The notes under the pieces: generated by a model
Databases searched by the model: none
What the model was told of the DNA's origin: nothing
What the model saw: only the letters and a program-made list of their open reading frames with translations
Made by a program: the position numbers and the translations under genes
Source of the DNA: Octopus sinensis
Taxonomy: Eukaryota
Reading direction: 5' to 3'
Assembly: GCF_006345805.1 (NCBI RefSeq)
Contig: NC_043011.1
Span: 25,432,464-25,496,463, forward strand
DNA length: 64,000 nucleotides
Shown here: positions 12,340 through 25,904 of the stretch, piece after piece
How the letters are laid out: every line of letters begins with the position of its first letter
Numbering within the stretch: position 1 is the first letter of the stretch

Positions 12340-12620
12340 AAATTGACCCCAGTGACCTGACACGAGTTCATATCTGACCCTGAGCAACGTCATTCTTAAT
12401 CTCAAGCTTCAGGTACTTTAACCAGTTTGAGTTGGCTTGTTCGGTAAATACCGTTAGAATTCCGTAAGCAGCCGAAGTCGATATCGTCAGCGTTGCGTTG
12501 ATGCCAAAACATTCAGTTGTTAGTTTTCTGTTGTTCACGAAACAGATAAAAACCTTCTCCCGTTATCTCTTTCCCTCCCGCCTTTTAATTGTCAACACTG
12601 CCTCACGCTTTTATAGTGAA
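12340..12620 (+). promoter_or_regulatory. Putative GOT1 promoter/5' UTR
   Basis: Locally CpG-enriched unique sequence upstream of the ATG; TCAGTT initiator-like motif 12513-12518; cluster of TGACCY/AGTTCA half-sites 12344-12380. Confidence 0.45.
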
Positions 12621-12732
12621 ATGTCTTCAAAATACGCTGATGTTCCGATTAGCGGACCCGTGGAAGTTTTTGCTGTTAGCGCTGCTTACAGAGCAGACCC
12701 TGACCCCAACAAAGTTAACCTCAGTGTCGGTG
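12621..12732 (+). CDS. GOT1: Aspartate aminotransferase, cytosolic, exon 1
   Basis: MSSKYADVPISGPVEVFAVSAAYRADPDPNKVNLSVG, phase-1 GT donor at 12733; no mitochondrial presequence. Confidence 0.93.
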
Positions 12733-13849
12733 GTTCGTATACATGTATTTCCTTTTAACGCATAATATTCTCTCCTGTTTGAGGACGAGTACTAAGCTCT
12801 TATTTCACCACCACATACACACAAAATCCCTTGCGATTTGTTTCGATCATCTAGTGTTTCGAGCTGTTTCCTTTCATTCAAGTTGTCCTTGAGAAAAACG
12901 GCATGAAAATCGTTCAACTCCATTTAAAACCTGGGTGTCTTAAGATCACATGTTATATATACGTATTGCTTCTATTTTTTATTTTGTTCTAAAAAATTAA
13001 AATACCGAACGTGGCTGAGTATTGTACACTTGGTTTGATACTAAAAATTTCGCTTCTTTTGCCTTAAAAAAACAAAGCGAAATTACACCCGATTCTTGTG
13101 CATAAGAAACGTAATCAATTCCGAAAAAGATATATGGAAGGAAAAAATTTAAAGATATATAAAATTCGAACTTGATCAATCTATTAAAAGTTAAAATATG
13201 TATACATAAGATTTGTCATTATTTCTAAAAATGCTTGTTAGATTGTAAGTACGGTGTCTATAAGAAGATATCTGCAGTTTTTATGACTTCATATATTATT
13301 ATATCTGATCACTTCGCTCGAAAAGCTTCTTGTTTTTAATAAAAACACAGCAGCTGCAGTTGCATTATTAATGATGATAGCACTGCTGCACACACACAAA
13401 CATTAATTATTTTAATATTTATCTCCATACTATATCTTCTTTTTCTAGCGTGCGTGGCGAGGTCACTGTAAAAGTCCTTTCACTATTTACTAGTCTCCTT
13501 GACCTTGTTCGTTACATCTACATCAAACCACTTCGTTCATCGTTCACGTTGGTTAATCTCTGTTTCATCTGTTCTGGTTTGTTAATTTTCCCTCTATTAA
13601 TGAGCAGCTCTATATAATAGGTGTTCCGTCACAGCCTTTCTGATTTCACTCACATTCTTTCGTGATCTTTGACTATAGCGTACCATTTGATCTGCCGAGA
13701 TCAACTTTGTCATACACCCTTCGAAGGACGGTGAAATAAAGTGCCAGTCAAGTACTACAATTAGGATAGTGATTCTTCGCCTTAATATTCTGGGTCTGTT
13801 CCTATATTCATTATGCGGCATTTCTCGAAAGAATGCCACTAATACTAAT

Positions 13850-14517
13850 AATCCTTTCTACTAAAGGCACAAGGCCTCAAATTTGGTGGGGAGGGGACTA
13901 ATTAATTACATTGACTCCTGTGTTCACTTGTACTTGATTCATCGACCCCGAAAGGGGATGGAAGGCAAATCGACCTCGGCGAACGGATTTGAACTTGGAA
14001 CGTAGCAGCAGACGAAATACCTATTTCTTCACTACCCACAAGGGGCTAAAACACAGAGAGGACAGACAAACGGATTAAGTAGATTATATCGACCCAGTGC
14101 GTAACTGGTACTTATTTAATCGACCCCGAAAAGATGAAAGGCTAAGGCTAAGTCGCCTCCCGACATTGAACTCAAGACGTACCGGCAGACGAAATACCTA
14201 TTTCTTTACTACCCCAGAGGGGCAACAGGACAGACAAACGGATTTAGTCGATACATCGACCCCGAAGGATGAAGGCAAAGTCGACCCGCGGATTTGAACC
14301 CAGAACGTATGGCAGGGCACTATTTCTTTATTACCACTAGGGGTAAACTAGAGTGGCCCAACAAGGACATACCTAGTATTAAGCGATTACATCGGCCCCA
14401 GTGCGTAACTGGTACTTAATTATCGACCCCGAAAGGGTGAAAGGCAAAGTCGACCTCGGCGGAATTTGAACTCACCCCGTAACGGCAGACGAAATACCAC
14501 TAAGCATTTCGCCCGGC
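13850..14517 (-). mobile_element. Head-to-tail array of partial family A SINE copies in GOT1 intron 1
   Basis: About four successive GACCCCGAAAGG...AAAGTCGACCTCGGCGGAATTTGAAC units. Confidence 0.75.
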
Positions 14518-15749
14518 AAATAATGGGAAAGACTTCCTCCTGTCAAAAAAAGGGTGCGGTTGAGGGGGGTACAAAGTAAGTCTTGCCTAATAATGTTCTA
14601 GTAAGTTAAACAAATAATTATCGCTACTAAAATTTATTTTACGAACACGAACCAGCATAAAAAGAATTTTAAATTCCAGATGGGAAAATCCACAATAAGA
14701 GTGAAACTGCTTGTTTTATATCTCGGTACGCTAAACTCTTACATCGTCCCATATTTAACATGTGTTTACTTAGGAAGTGGGTTGAAATGTAAGAGGGATT
14801 TCGTTATTTCTTCATTTTCTTACGTACCTCTTTTACTGTACAATTTATTGTATACATGTAGTATGATTTGAAACACATTATAGATGATTTATTTGTATCA
14901 AATATTTCCGATTTTTTTGTAGAGCTTATTAATTTGTTGACTAATTGTATTCTCAGACAATTTATTATTTGTAAAGTTTGTTAACCTAACGAAATGTTAT
15001 ATGAGAAAAGAAAAAAACACACGAAAGACCTTTTCTCTATTCATAGTCATTAATAGAATCTATTTTCTTCTCTCGCCTATAAATATGAAAGGTTTTAAAA
15101 CGCCAAATGAAACAACAAAACAACGGTTCCAAAATTATTTTCCATGGAAGTCTGATCCAAGCACACCATACAACCTGAACTTATTTTATTTGGGGAATTT
15201 TCACAAAATATTGTTTGATTCAGGTTTCCGCCATATAAATAGAAGCAAAATGCGGATTTGAACTATCTGTATTTTACACACCATGATTTCAAAGCACAGT
15301 TCTTCGAAAAAGAGTGAAAATTTGGAGGATTATGGGGTGGGGGATTAAAGCCTTGTGTGTGGATTTGGAGCGGGAAGCTGCTGAAAGCTCGTTGTGTATA
15401 TATATGTGTGTGTGTGTGTGTGTGTAATATATGTGTGTGTGTGTGTATATGTTTGTGTGTCTGTGTTTGTCCCCCCACCCACCCAACATCGCTTGACAAC
15501 CGATGCTGGTGTATTTACGTCTCCGTATCAAAGCAGTTCGGCAAAAGAGACGCTAGATGAATAAGTACTAGGCTGACAAAGAATAAGTTCTGGGGTCGAT
15601 TTGCTCGACTTAAAGGCGATGCTCCAGCATGGCCGCAGTCAAATGATTGAAACAAATGAGTGAAAATATAAAATTATTCTCTTTCTTGATCTTAGCATTT
15701 TAACTGAATCTAATTCTTGTGTATAGATGTGTGTGGTGTGGTATTTATA

Positions 15750-16214
15750 CGTAACGGTAGAGGTTTTTTTGTATCGCTTGAAATTAATTGTAAACAATAG
15801 TATGGAACGTCGGAGTGTGGTAATCAGTTTGTAAGGATTGGTTCTTCGTTGATTGCCATTATGTAAAGATGAAAGAAACAGTGATTGAAGTTGTGAAGAA
15901 AATATTTATTATCGTTACATTGTCAAAAAAATCCCAAACCACGACGGCTTGGTATGTTTAATTAGTAAATAGAAAAGTATGCGAAGTAAAGATAGATTTT
16001 CCTTGTATAGTTTGTGTACATATTCATATAGAATTATGTTGTAAAAAAGAAATTGAGCTAGTGAAAGTTGTAGAGTCGAGAGAAGTTGGGGTCTTATAGT
16101 TGCTGATTGTAAACTTCTTTCCCCCTCTGACCGTTGTCTGTATTAGCTGCTGTTTGTGGCCCTGACTAGCTGTCCGTTCTCCAACTGATGGTTGCTCTCC
16201 CTAACTCGAGTTCT
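15750..16214 (-). repeat. ~500-bp interspersed repeat, copy 2 (inverted relative to 11630-12128)
   Basis: Near-identical core CTTCGCATACTTTTC...CAAGCCGTCGTGGTTTGG...CCGACGTTCCATACTATTG on the minus strand. Confidence 0.85.
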
Positions 16215-16452
16215 CTGACCTTGGGGGATCTTATTTTTTTTAACTATCTTGCCTAATGCAATCCCAGAGCAATTTCTTATCTCTTACACTATTTCAGTAT
16301 TACATGTCAAAAGTGAAACAATAACATCTCTCTATTGTAATGTGAGATACTTTCAGTTTATATAGTCTCACTATTATTTAAGTGAAACTATTATATCACA
16401 TATATATATGCATACTTACATACATATATATGTATATTACATATATAAACAA

Positions 16453-16500
<48 letters not shown>

Positions 16501-16618
16501 TTTTATATATATACATATGTGCAGATGTATACATACATATATATATTATACATATGTGCAATGTATACATACATATATATATATTATACATTATATATAT
16601 ATATATATATATATATAC

Positions 16619-16661
<43 letters not shown>

Positions 16662-16829
16662 CTATGCGTGTATACATGTGAGATATATACATCTACATTT
16701 TATATTATATATATATATATATACATATGTGTGCAGATGTATATTATATAGATCTTTAAAATGTTTAGCCCGAAGGCCGCGGCATGCTGGGGCACACATA
16801 TATATATATGTATGTATGTATGCGTGTAT

Positions 16830-17128
16830 ATATGTGAGATAATAGTTTCAGTATCAATAATGAAAGTATTAAACTGAAAGCATCTACATTACAATAGATA
16901 GAGAGATATTATTTCACTTTTGACATGTAATACTGAATACTGTAAGATATAAGAGATTGCTCTGGGCTCATATTAGGTAAGAAGTTGAAAATTCTTCTTT
17001 GGCCCATGACACTGTATAGACCCTAAGTAAGGCATGTGTAAAATTTGAATGGAATCAGTTGTGTAGTTCTCGAGTTTTAGGGATTCACACAGACAAACAC
17101 ACACCATCACATTATCTTTATATATAGA
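16830..17128 (-). mobile_element. Non-autonomous Helitron-like element 5' part (related copies 19317-19625 and, inverted, 16240-16400)
   Basis: Minus strand starts TCTATATAT...; same body repeated at 19317-19625. Confidence 0.55.
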
Positions 17129-18274
17129 CTAGCAAAGACACCAGTGTTGCCCGTGTCACATGGAATTGAAAAATTAGACTTTTCTCTTATATTTTCTCTA
17201 ATGAACTGGAATACCTATGATTCGAATTTCATAAAAATTGGAGATTAAGAATTTTAATGGAGGTTCTCTCCCTCTTTACACACCCTAACAAAATTCTAAT
17301 CATGACATATTTTACCACACTACATCTTTATCCCCAGCTTCCAAAATTCAAATCTTATATAACCTATTCAAAGGTTTTTGCTTCTGAAAAATGGAGCGCA
17401 TAGAGCACATGGAGCTCTAAAATGTGGGAGTAGTGGGAGTTAAGGCCCTTATGGGGGCAGGGTCTTAAAGTGAACCAGAGAAGTTGAATTGTTGGAATCT
17501 TTTTTAACTTGTTGTCTTATCAATGTTCATTGGGTTTATAAAAGAGAGCAATGGTAGAGGAAAGCAAAAGACAAATGATCACAATAAGCACTCAGCTACC
17601 CTACCATGGCATTACCCTAATGAGGATTCCTCACCATACAGGTGACCCGGTACAGCTAAAATGGAACATGCATAATGGATCTATAGCAATAGGAAGGGCG
17701 TGACCCAACTCAAATAAACATTAACAGCGTGGTAACGTGAGAGTTAAGGTGAAATGAAAGTGTCACCTCTAGAGTTTGCCAATGATCACTATACCGAAGG
17801 TAACTGAACAGAATAAATTTACAATCTATAAATCTCTTTGAATGACCAATCATTTATCTGCAAAGGCCTTGAATCAATGTTACTATCTGGGGACTATCTC
17901 TGACCCAGTGATAATAAAAAAGACTCAAAGGAGGTCTGCAACCAAATAACTTTACTCAAAATAACACTTTGCAACTGAATCAGTTGAGGCAAAGATGCCG
18001 CTCCTTTACTCGACATTTATGCACCACATTGCAGAAATCACAATCTAAATATATCTCAAAGCAAACTCTTACACTGTTGTACCATTGAATTACAAATAAC
18101 GCTCATCTTGTATGCTCAGGTGACTCTACAGCTTCCAAGACTACAATTGTATGAAACATACGGCATACCTTCTCCCTAAGCTTGGATTTTGTGTCCCAAA
18201 TTTCATTAGGATCAGTGCAGTAGTTTTCGATTCTATAAGTAACACACTAAAGACATTGACTTTTATATAATAGA
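17129..18274 (-). mobile_element. Non-autonomous Helitron-like element
   Basis: 5' TC at 18274, 3' GC-rich hairpin remnant (CGGGCAACACTGG) then CTAG at 17129-17132; mirror 60847-61991. Confidence 0.6.
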
Positions 18275-18522
18275 TATATGCACATATACATACATGTATA
18301 TATGTATGTGTTGTGTGTATTTATATATATAGCGGGGGTGCAAAGAGCAGCATACGAGTGTGATCGTTGACAGAGCGGCTAACTGGCTTCCATGCCAGTG
18401 GCACATAAAAGGCACCATTCGAGTGTGATTGTTACTAGCGTCGCCTTATTGGCACTTGTGCCCGTGCTAGTAGGGTGCCGAGAGAACCATCCGAGTGTGA
18501 TCGTTGCCAGAGAGCTACCTGG

Positions 18523-18577
<55 letters not shown>

Positions 18578-19625
18578 CACACATACACACACAGAAAGAT
18601 AGATGGATAGATACAATTGAGTGGGCAAGCAAAAGTATGAGGGTCTTCAAGGCAGTGAAGAAATTTTTTGTCAAATGAATGGGCCCCAGTGCGTTTTTTA
18701 TATTTTGAAAAGCCTGGTAATTATTCTATCGGTCTCTTCTAAAACCAGTAAGTTATGGGGATGTAAATAAACCAACACTAGTTATCAAGCAGTGATGAGG
18801 GAGAAACACAAAGACACACACATACACTTACATATATACATATATATACGATGGATTTCTCTCAGTTTCTGCCTAAACAATCCACTCACAGGCTTTGGTT
18901 GGTCTGAAACTATAGCAGAAGACACATGCCATGTTACCACACAGTAGGACTAAACCCAGGACAGTGTGCTTTGGAACCAAGTTTGTTACCACACAGCCAC
19001 ACCTGCACCTATGTACGTACATATATGGGTGTGTGGTGGTGTGTGTGTATATATTTATATTTTATATATATATATTATATATATATATATATATTAATAC
19101 ACATATATATAATGTATAAATGTATGTTTGTATATTTGTGTGTGTTATATACGTATATATGTATAAATGTATGTTATATTTGTATGTGTGTATATATATA
19201 TATATATGTATGCATATATACAGGTGTACATATTACATATACATCTATATACATATATACACATGTATACATATACATGATACTACACATCTATACTACA
19301 CATCTATACATATAATATATGTGACATTAATTTCACTTTAACACTGTCAGTATGAATAGTGAAACTGTTAAAGTGAAAGTATCTTACATTACAATAGAGA
19401 GATGTTACTATTTCACTTTGACACATAATACTGAATAGTGTAAGAGATAAGAGATTGCTCAGGGCTCGCATTAGGCAAGAAGTTGAAAATTATTTTGACC
19501 CATGACACTGCATGGACCTTAGGTAAGGCATGTGTAAAATTTGAATGAAATTGGTTGTGTAGTTCTCGAGTTTTAGGGATTCACACAGACAGATTAGACA
19601 GACACACATTCTCATCTTATATATA

Positions 19626-20690
19626 CTAGCAGGTGTACACGGCATTGCCCGGGGCTGTTTAAGTATGCCTTGTTTGGTTATTAGAACCATTCACAGATGC
19701 ACCTCTGAACTGATGAATGAAAGAAATCATAATGGCAGATGTTCCCTGCATTGTTTGATTTATTTAGCACAATATGAACATGCAATCATACACCCACACT
19801 TGTCATTGTTTTTCCATTGGGAGAGTAGGTTGATCTGTAAAAAAACCAGCAGTAATTGAATTATTTTCCTTACCACATAACTGCTGACATGTGCTGTTTA
19901 GCAGATGGAAAGGTTGAGCCAAAGATATGACATAAAGAGAAATAGAATGTTTACCTGCTGTTTCGCTAGGTTGTACATACAACATTATCTGAACAAAAAA
20001 TTTGACATGTGGCCTGTGCAAAAAAGATGGAAAGTGTAGTATCTGTTGCCTACCTCACAATTGGGGACACTTAATGGAGAGCATACTGTGAAGATTATGC
20101 TAATGAAATAAATAAGGTGACAAGAGTATGGTTACCTGATGTTTGCCTGTTTGCCGCATAGAGCAACATCCATGTTGTCTTTACTCTGTAGTCTCTTTAG
20201 CACCCACTGCAGCATCTTTTGTAAGTTGATCTGCACGTTGTGCTGCAGCTCATGCAACAGCAGTTGAGGAAGCATCTCTTGTAAGTTGATCTGTGCATTG
20301 TGTTGCAGTCTCTGAAGCTCGTGCAGCAACAGTAGAGGAAGCATTTCTTATTTGGTGTGCTGGACGTTGCTCATTGCTCGGTAAGCTCATTGCACAACAA
20401 TATGTGTTAACCGATCACAACGCTGCTCTTCATTTTCCCTTCTTCGCACTGAAGCCATCCTAAATGCATTGAGAGAGTTCCTCCTGGTGGCATCCTTCAC
20501 AGATTCATTTCACACATATGTTTACTTTTCTTTGCAGCATTTGTTTGCCAACCTATATTGGATCTTTTGCCTCGGCATGGTGGAAAATTATCAGTTTACA
20601 CAATAGAAATATTCCTAAGGAAAAAGCAGTGTATGTGTAGCACCCAAAATAGTAAAATGTAATTGGCAAAAATGTTAATCAAACAGACCA
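19626..20690 (-). mobile_element. Helitron deletion derivative with RepHel N-terminal (STPR-like repeat) remnant
   Basis: 3' end CCCGGGCAATGCCG...CTAG at 19626; mirror copy translates MPRGKRSNIG..TNAAKK...NESVKDATRR...RRRENEEQRCDRL with SET..Q..D.L repeats. Confidence 0.6.
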
Positions 20691-20789
20691 AATTAAGAAT
20701 AAAAGAATATATTATATATATATATATATGTAATATATTCTTTATTCTTTCACTTGTTTCAGTCATTTGCAACAATCCTATGTGAGGGA

Positions 20790-21400
20790 GAGAGCATACA
20801 AAGAAGCCTGGGTTATAAAAAAACATTAAGTGAAACCCAAAGGCCTTCTTTCATTATGCCAAAGAAACAGCCTCAGTACACTGCAAAATTGGTCCCCTCT
20901 TCCAAAAGGAAAGCTCCCTCACAGATAGTCCAACCAAGATTAGTGAGGTCTTGAATGACCAGTTCAAAAGTTTCTTTACCACCCTGTTGGAGCACAGACA
21001 AGTGAATGAACCAGTGGATTTTGTTGCTGCCTCATCTATAGCCATTGAGGCAGTTACGATGGATTACATCAGCATTAGTGAAGAAGATACACTACTAGCC
21101 ATAGATGAGATGGACGCAAACTCAACTGCTGGTCCTGAATGGTTTCCCAGCAATCCTCCTCAAATTGTGTAAGCTTTCCCTCACGAAACCACTGCAGATT
21201 CTCTTCCAGAGCTTTCTTGCAAATGGCAGGCTGCCAAGCAAACTGAAGGAGGGAATAATATGCCTAATCCATAAAGGAGGAAGCAGAACAGATGCCAAAA
21301 GTTATAGGCCTATCTCTCTGACTCCACACATCAGCAAAGTCATGGAATGGATAGTCAGAGGGAAACTAATCACATTACCTGAAGAAAACGACTTGCTGAA
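20790..21400 (+). mobile_element. CR1/Jockey-group LINE RT fragment
   Basis: NDQFKSFFT...NSTAGP.GFPAILLK...PLQILFQSFL..G.LP...ICLIHKGG...SYRPISLTPHISKVME; mirror ~57712-58322. Confidence 0.85.
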
Positions 21401-22169
21401 GTTTAGGTCTGTGTGTGTTTGTGCTTACTTGGTGATCTAATTACTGCTAATGTCATGTAAAAAGCACTCAGTACTCGCTGTAAAGTGGTTGGTATTAGGA
21501 AGGGTATCCTGCCATAGAAACCATACCAAAACAGACATTGGAGTTTGGCGCAGTCTGATTTGTCAGTTCCTATTAAACTGTCCCACCTATACCAGCATAG
21601 AAAACATGTTGAAAGATGATAGTGATGATGATGATATACGTAAGCTTATATATAATAAATGTTTCCTGTAGCCTTCAACTCAGTTGAAGTTTATTAAGCC
21701 TGTAATTAAATGTTGCCAAAATTCCGGAAATATTAGTTGCATACATTAGTTAAGAACAGACAGGTGCATGCAGCTGATATGTTGCATATGATATGGTAAG
21801 AGCAGACAAATGTGTGTACATCCTAAGAATGATCCAATATCAGGGCCTCCATTCTTGAACTGCTAGAAATAGCAGCTGCATTTTCTTCCATTCACACTTT
21901 ACTAACTTAAAAATGTAAAGAAATGTATATCTGGAATCATATAGTCCCTAGATGCATTATATCTTAAATGAAAAAAATCTCATCATCATTTAATGTCTGC
22001 TTTCCGTGCTGTCATGGGCTTGACAAATCTATTTAGCATTATCTCAATCATCTATAGTGCCATGGGGTACTCACATAGCAGCATGATGACAGGAACAAAG
22101 TATGGAAATTGTGTGTGTGGATGTACTACTACTAGTGCTGCTACTACTACTACTGTTGCTGCTGCTTAA

Positions 22170-22560
22170 GCCCTTTGTCCCCCCCATGGTGCATAGACCA
22201 TTGACAACTTTTCTCCACTGTTCTCAACTCTCGATTGTCTTTTTTGCTTCTCTCCAGTTGGATTCCTGCTTCTTCAGTTCTACCTACAACTATTTTTAGA
22301 GCATCCTCTCTTCTGCCTCCCTTGTGGCTTCCAGATCAGAGCTTAATGTGTAATGCAGGATTTTGATTTCCTTAAGGTGTGGGTTATCCAATCCCACTTG
22401 TGCTTCAGGATCTGTTCTTCCACTGGCATCTGCCCACCCAACCTTCTGTCGGAGATCTTCATTTCTTATCCTGTAATATGAAGAATATGTCTGGCAGTTA
22501 TTGATGGAGGCTTGTACATTCTGCTGTATCTTTTTAGTTCTCTTCATGTGTCTGGTTCAT
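22170..22560 (-). mobile_element. RTE-type LINE 3' end fragment
   Basis: IRNEDLRQK...KWDWI.HTL...ALIW.PQGR.KRG motifs followed by short-repeat tail. Confidence 0.6.
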
Positions 22561-23100
22561 AGAAAAGAGTGTCACTGTGCAGTCCGGCATTGTCATGATG
22601 AAAGATAATGCCTTCACAATTAGCAAGTACTGGATACGTCTGGTGAATAGCTGCATTTAATTTGTCCAGCTGGTACACATTTGTATTAGTGGTCCTGTTC
22701 ATGGGAAGAAGCTCATAAAAGACAACACCCTTACAATCCCACCAAATTGAAAGCATAACATTCTATGAGTGAAGTCCTGCTCTGGAAGTTGTTTGTGGTG
22801 GTTAACTGCACTTTCCCCATGATCATTTGTGCTTCACATTGTTACAGACGATCTATTTTCCATCTGCTGTCACCATTCTCCTCAAAAGTGGATCATTTAC
22901 TTCATGTTTCTGCAATAAATCACAGATGGAAATCTGTGGGTATGGTCAGTCTCATCCAATTGATGTGGGACCCAAATATAGAGCCTGCTAACATAACCAA
23001 ATTGATGTAGATAGTTTTTCAACTCTCAGTTTGGATATTTGGGGAATATCTGCAATCATCCTGGTTATATAATGGGGGTGTTGCTGTAAATATCAGTTGA
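22560..23100 (-). mobile_element. Mariner transposase remnant
   Basis: RRMVTADGK...MLSIWWDCKGVVFYELLP..T.N...QLDKL...IIFHHDNA; mirror ~56013-56553. Confidence 0.85.
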
Positions 23101-23741
23101 TAGACCAGAACAAGGTGCATTTTGAACCAAAAAATTTCACAATCAAAATCTTGAAACCACTTCCAGCACATGTTCTGTAATGCATCCTCCCCATACACAG
23201 CTCATATCTTCCTGCAGGTTTCCACCACCTTCCTGTCATATCAGCAAAAACCAGTCTTTTAGGCCAACCCACTATACATGAGGATTTACTATGGATGTGT
23301 ATTCTACTTACATTTAGTGACATCTGGTTGTTGAACATAGTTAACTAAATTCTTTTAAAACTAAGTGCTTTATTGATATCTGCCTTGATTTTTTTTTATA
23401 TCCCTTTTTTCTTATATATGTATGTGTGTGTGTGTCTTTGTGTTAGTGTTGGTTTGTTACATCCACATTAGTTAGCAGTTCAGGGAAAAAAATCTTATAG
23501 AATTAAGCCTTAAAAATAAGTTCAACTAAACCTTTTAAGGGAGTGCCCCAGTATGACTGCTGTCCAATGACTGAAACAAGTAAAATGATAAAAAATTTAT
23601 TTGAAACGGTTAACAAAATTCCACCCAAAGTTTAGGATTTCTTTCATGACTCAAAAATACTTCAGCCATAATCTGTTGCTGACTCTCTTTGAAGCTGCAT
23701 TGACCACACATGCACAATAAACAGCTTTGAAATTACAAAAA

Positions 23742-24574
23742 TTACAAGGTGCATTCCAGAAGTTTTTAAACTTTTTTCAGGAGAGACATTTATTAATTTC
23801 AAAGAAGTACAAAAATCTAATCACCGTCAAAGTAGAATCTTCTGACTTAATGCACTTGTTGAAATACTCCAGTCACTTCATTAAGACCCCATGGAAGTCT
23901 TCCAAATTGAAGGTGTCTAGGACCCTTCTCACTGCCTCTATCATCTTCTCCTTCAGCTTGAGGAACAACCAAAATCTCAGGGAGCAAGGTCTGGACTTTA
24001 GGGAGAGTTTTCATACTTATATCTGTCAAGTAGTTGGTTACCAGGATGGAAATGTGAACTGATGTGCTGGTGCCACTGACCTGAGTGAAAGAGCCCTGCC
24101 CTTTTGCAATGAAATCTCTTCCTGAACTCCTTCAAAACCTCCACAGACTACTCTTATTGACTGTCTGGCCTGAGGAAACCCAGTGGATGTAGATGATGCC
24201 TTTGCTGTTGAAAATGGGGATCATCATGAGCTTCCTGCTGGACTTGCTTCACCAGGCCCCTTGTGTCAGCAAAAAGAAAATGTGCAACTCATACAAGTTA
24301 ATCCATAAGCAGTCAGGAGCATTTCATAAGTTTCTGTAGTATATTTGCCCAGGTCAACACAAGACTTTATTACATAGCAAACTTCTAAATTGTCCCCATG
24401 TCCTAACTGCATTCTGCAAACTAGTCAGCTACGAGAAGCAGTGTTTAGCTCAAAAGCTGGCAGATCAGCTTATTAGATGTATAGCAATGATGTACTTAAA
24501 CTACAATAATCTAAGACAGTTATAACTGCCTCTCCTAAGAAAAAAGTCTCAGCATTTCTGGAATAAACCTCATG
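23742..24574 (-). mobile_element. Internally deleted mariner element with degenerate TIRs
   Basis: Minus translation MMIP.FNSKGIIYIHWVP.GQTVNKE...EVLKEFRKR; ends TACAAGGTGCATTCCAGAAG / TTTCTGGAATAAACCTCATGT. Confidence 0.6.
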
Positions 24575-24988
24575 TCTCCCAGCTAAATGACAAAGATCTT
24601 CTCATTGACACAATCACTAACCTGCAGATACACAGTTTCTTCTACCACTTCTTTATTGATTTCTGTTCCTTTGCTGCCTCTATCTAAACCCAACCCTCTA
24701 TATACCTACTTCTCTTCTTCTATCATCATTTCTACTGTGTCTCACTTATGTAAACCCCTCACAGAGTAAACACAATTCTTAATCCTTTCTTTGCAAAACT
24801 GCAGCCCTGTCTGCTTGTTTTACCACAGATATTCAAACTGAGCATCAACTATTAACTACAGTGACTTCTCTAATCTAGGTGAGCCTGCAAAAGCATAGGT
24901 GTTGCCACTCTTTTGAGTAAATGATGTTTTTTTTCTTTAATTTTATGATTGTATAATTTCTTTCTTCATTTCTCTCTTTTTTCTTTAA

Positions 24989-25318
<330 letters not shown>

Positions 25319-25847
25319 TAGAACACAAAAGGCCAAGACAAACACCACAAACTACCACCATTGATTGCTACTTATTTTAAAACCCCACAAAAATGACTTC
25401 AGCAGGATTTGAACTCGGTGCACAGAGAAGCATTACAAATACTTCATGTTATTCTATCCAATGCCCTAAAGCCTGCCAATCACTACCTCATCAATCCATT
25501 ACACTCATACCATGTATTGCAGTTTTGATTTCACTGTACAGCAGATCTATTCAACTAGACATTTTTCAATTTGAATCAGGTTCCCACCAAAACAGTTTAC
25601 TAAAGGTGTTAAATATTATCATCATTATTTTAATGTCCACTTTTCTATGTGGACATGGGTTGGATGGAATTTGTTGAAGCAGATTTTCTTCAGCCAGATA
25701 TCCTTCCTGTTTCCAAATGAGGTAATATTTCCCCATGACTAGTTATGTTTTCACAGAAGATTGGAAACAAAGGACACCAGTTGGATGACAGTGGCACTCA
25801 TTTACAACTGTCATGTGATATCAATACAAGGAGACAGTAATATATAC

Positions 25848-25904
<57 letters not shown>

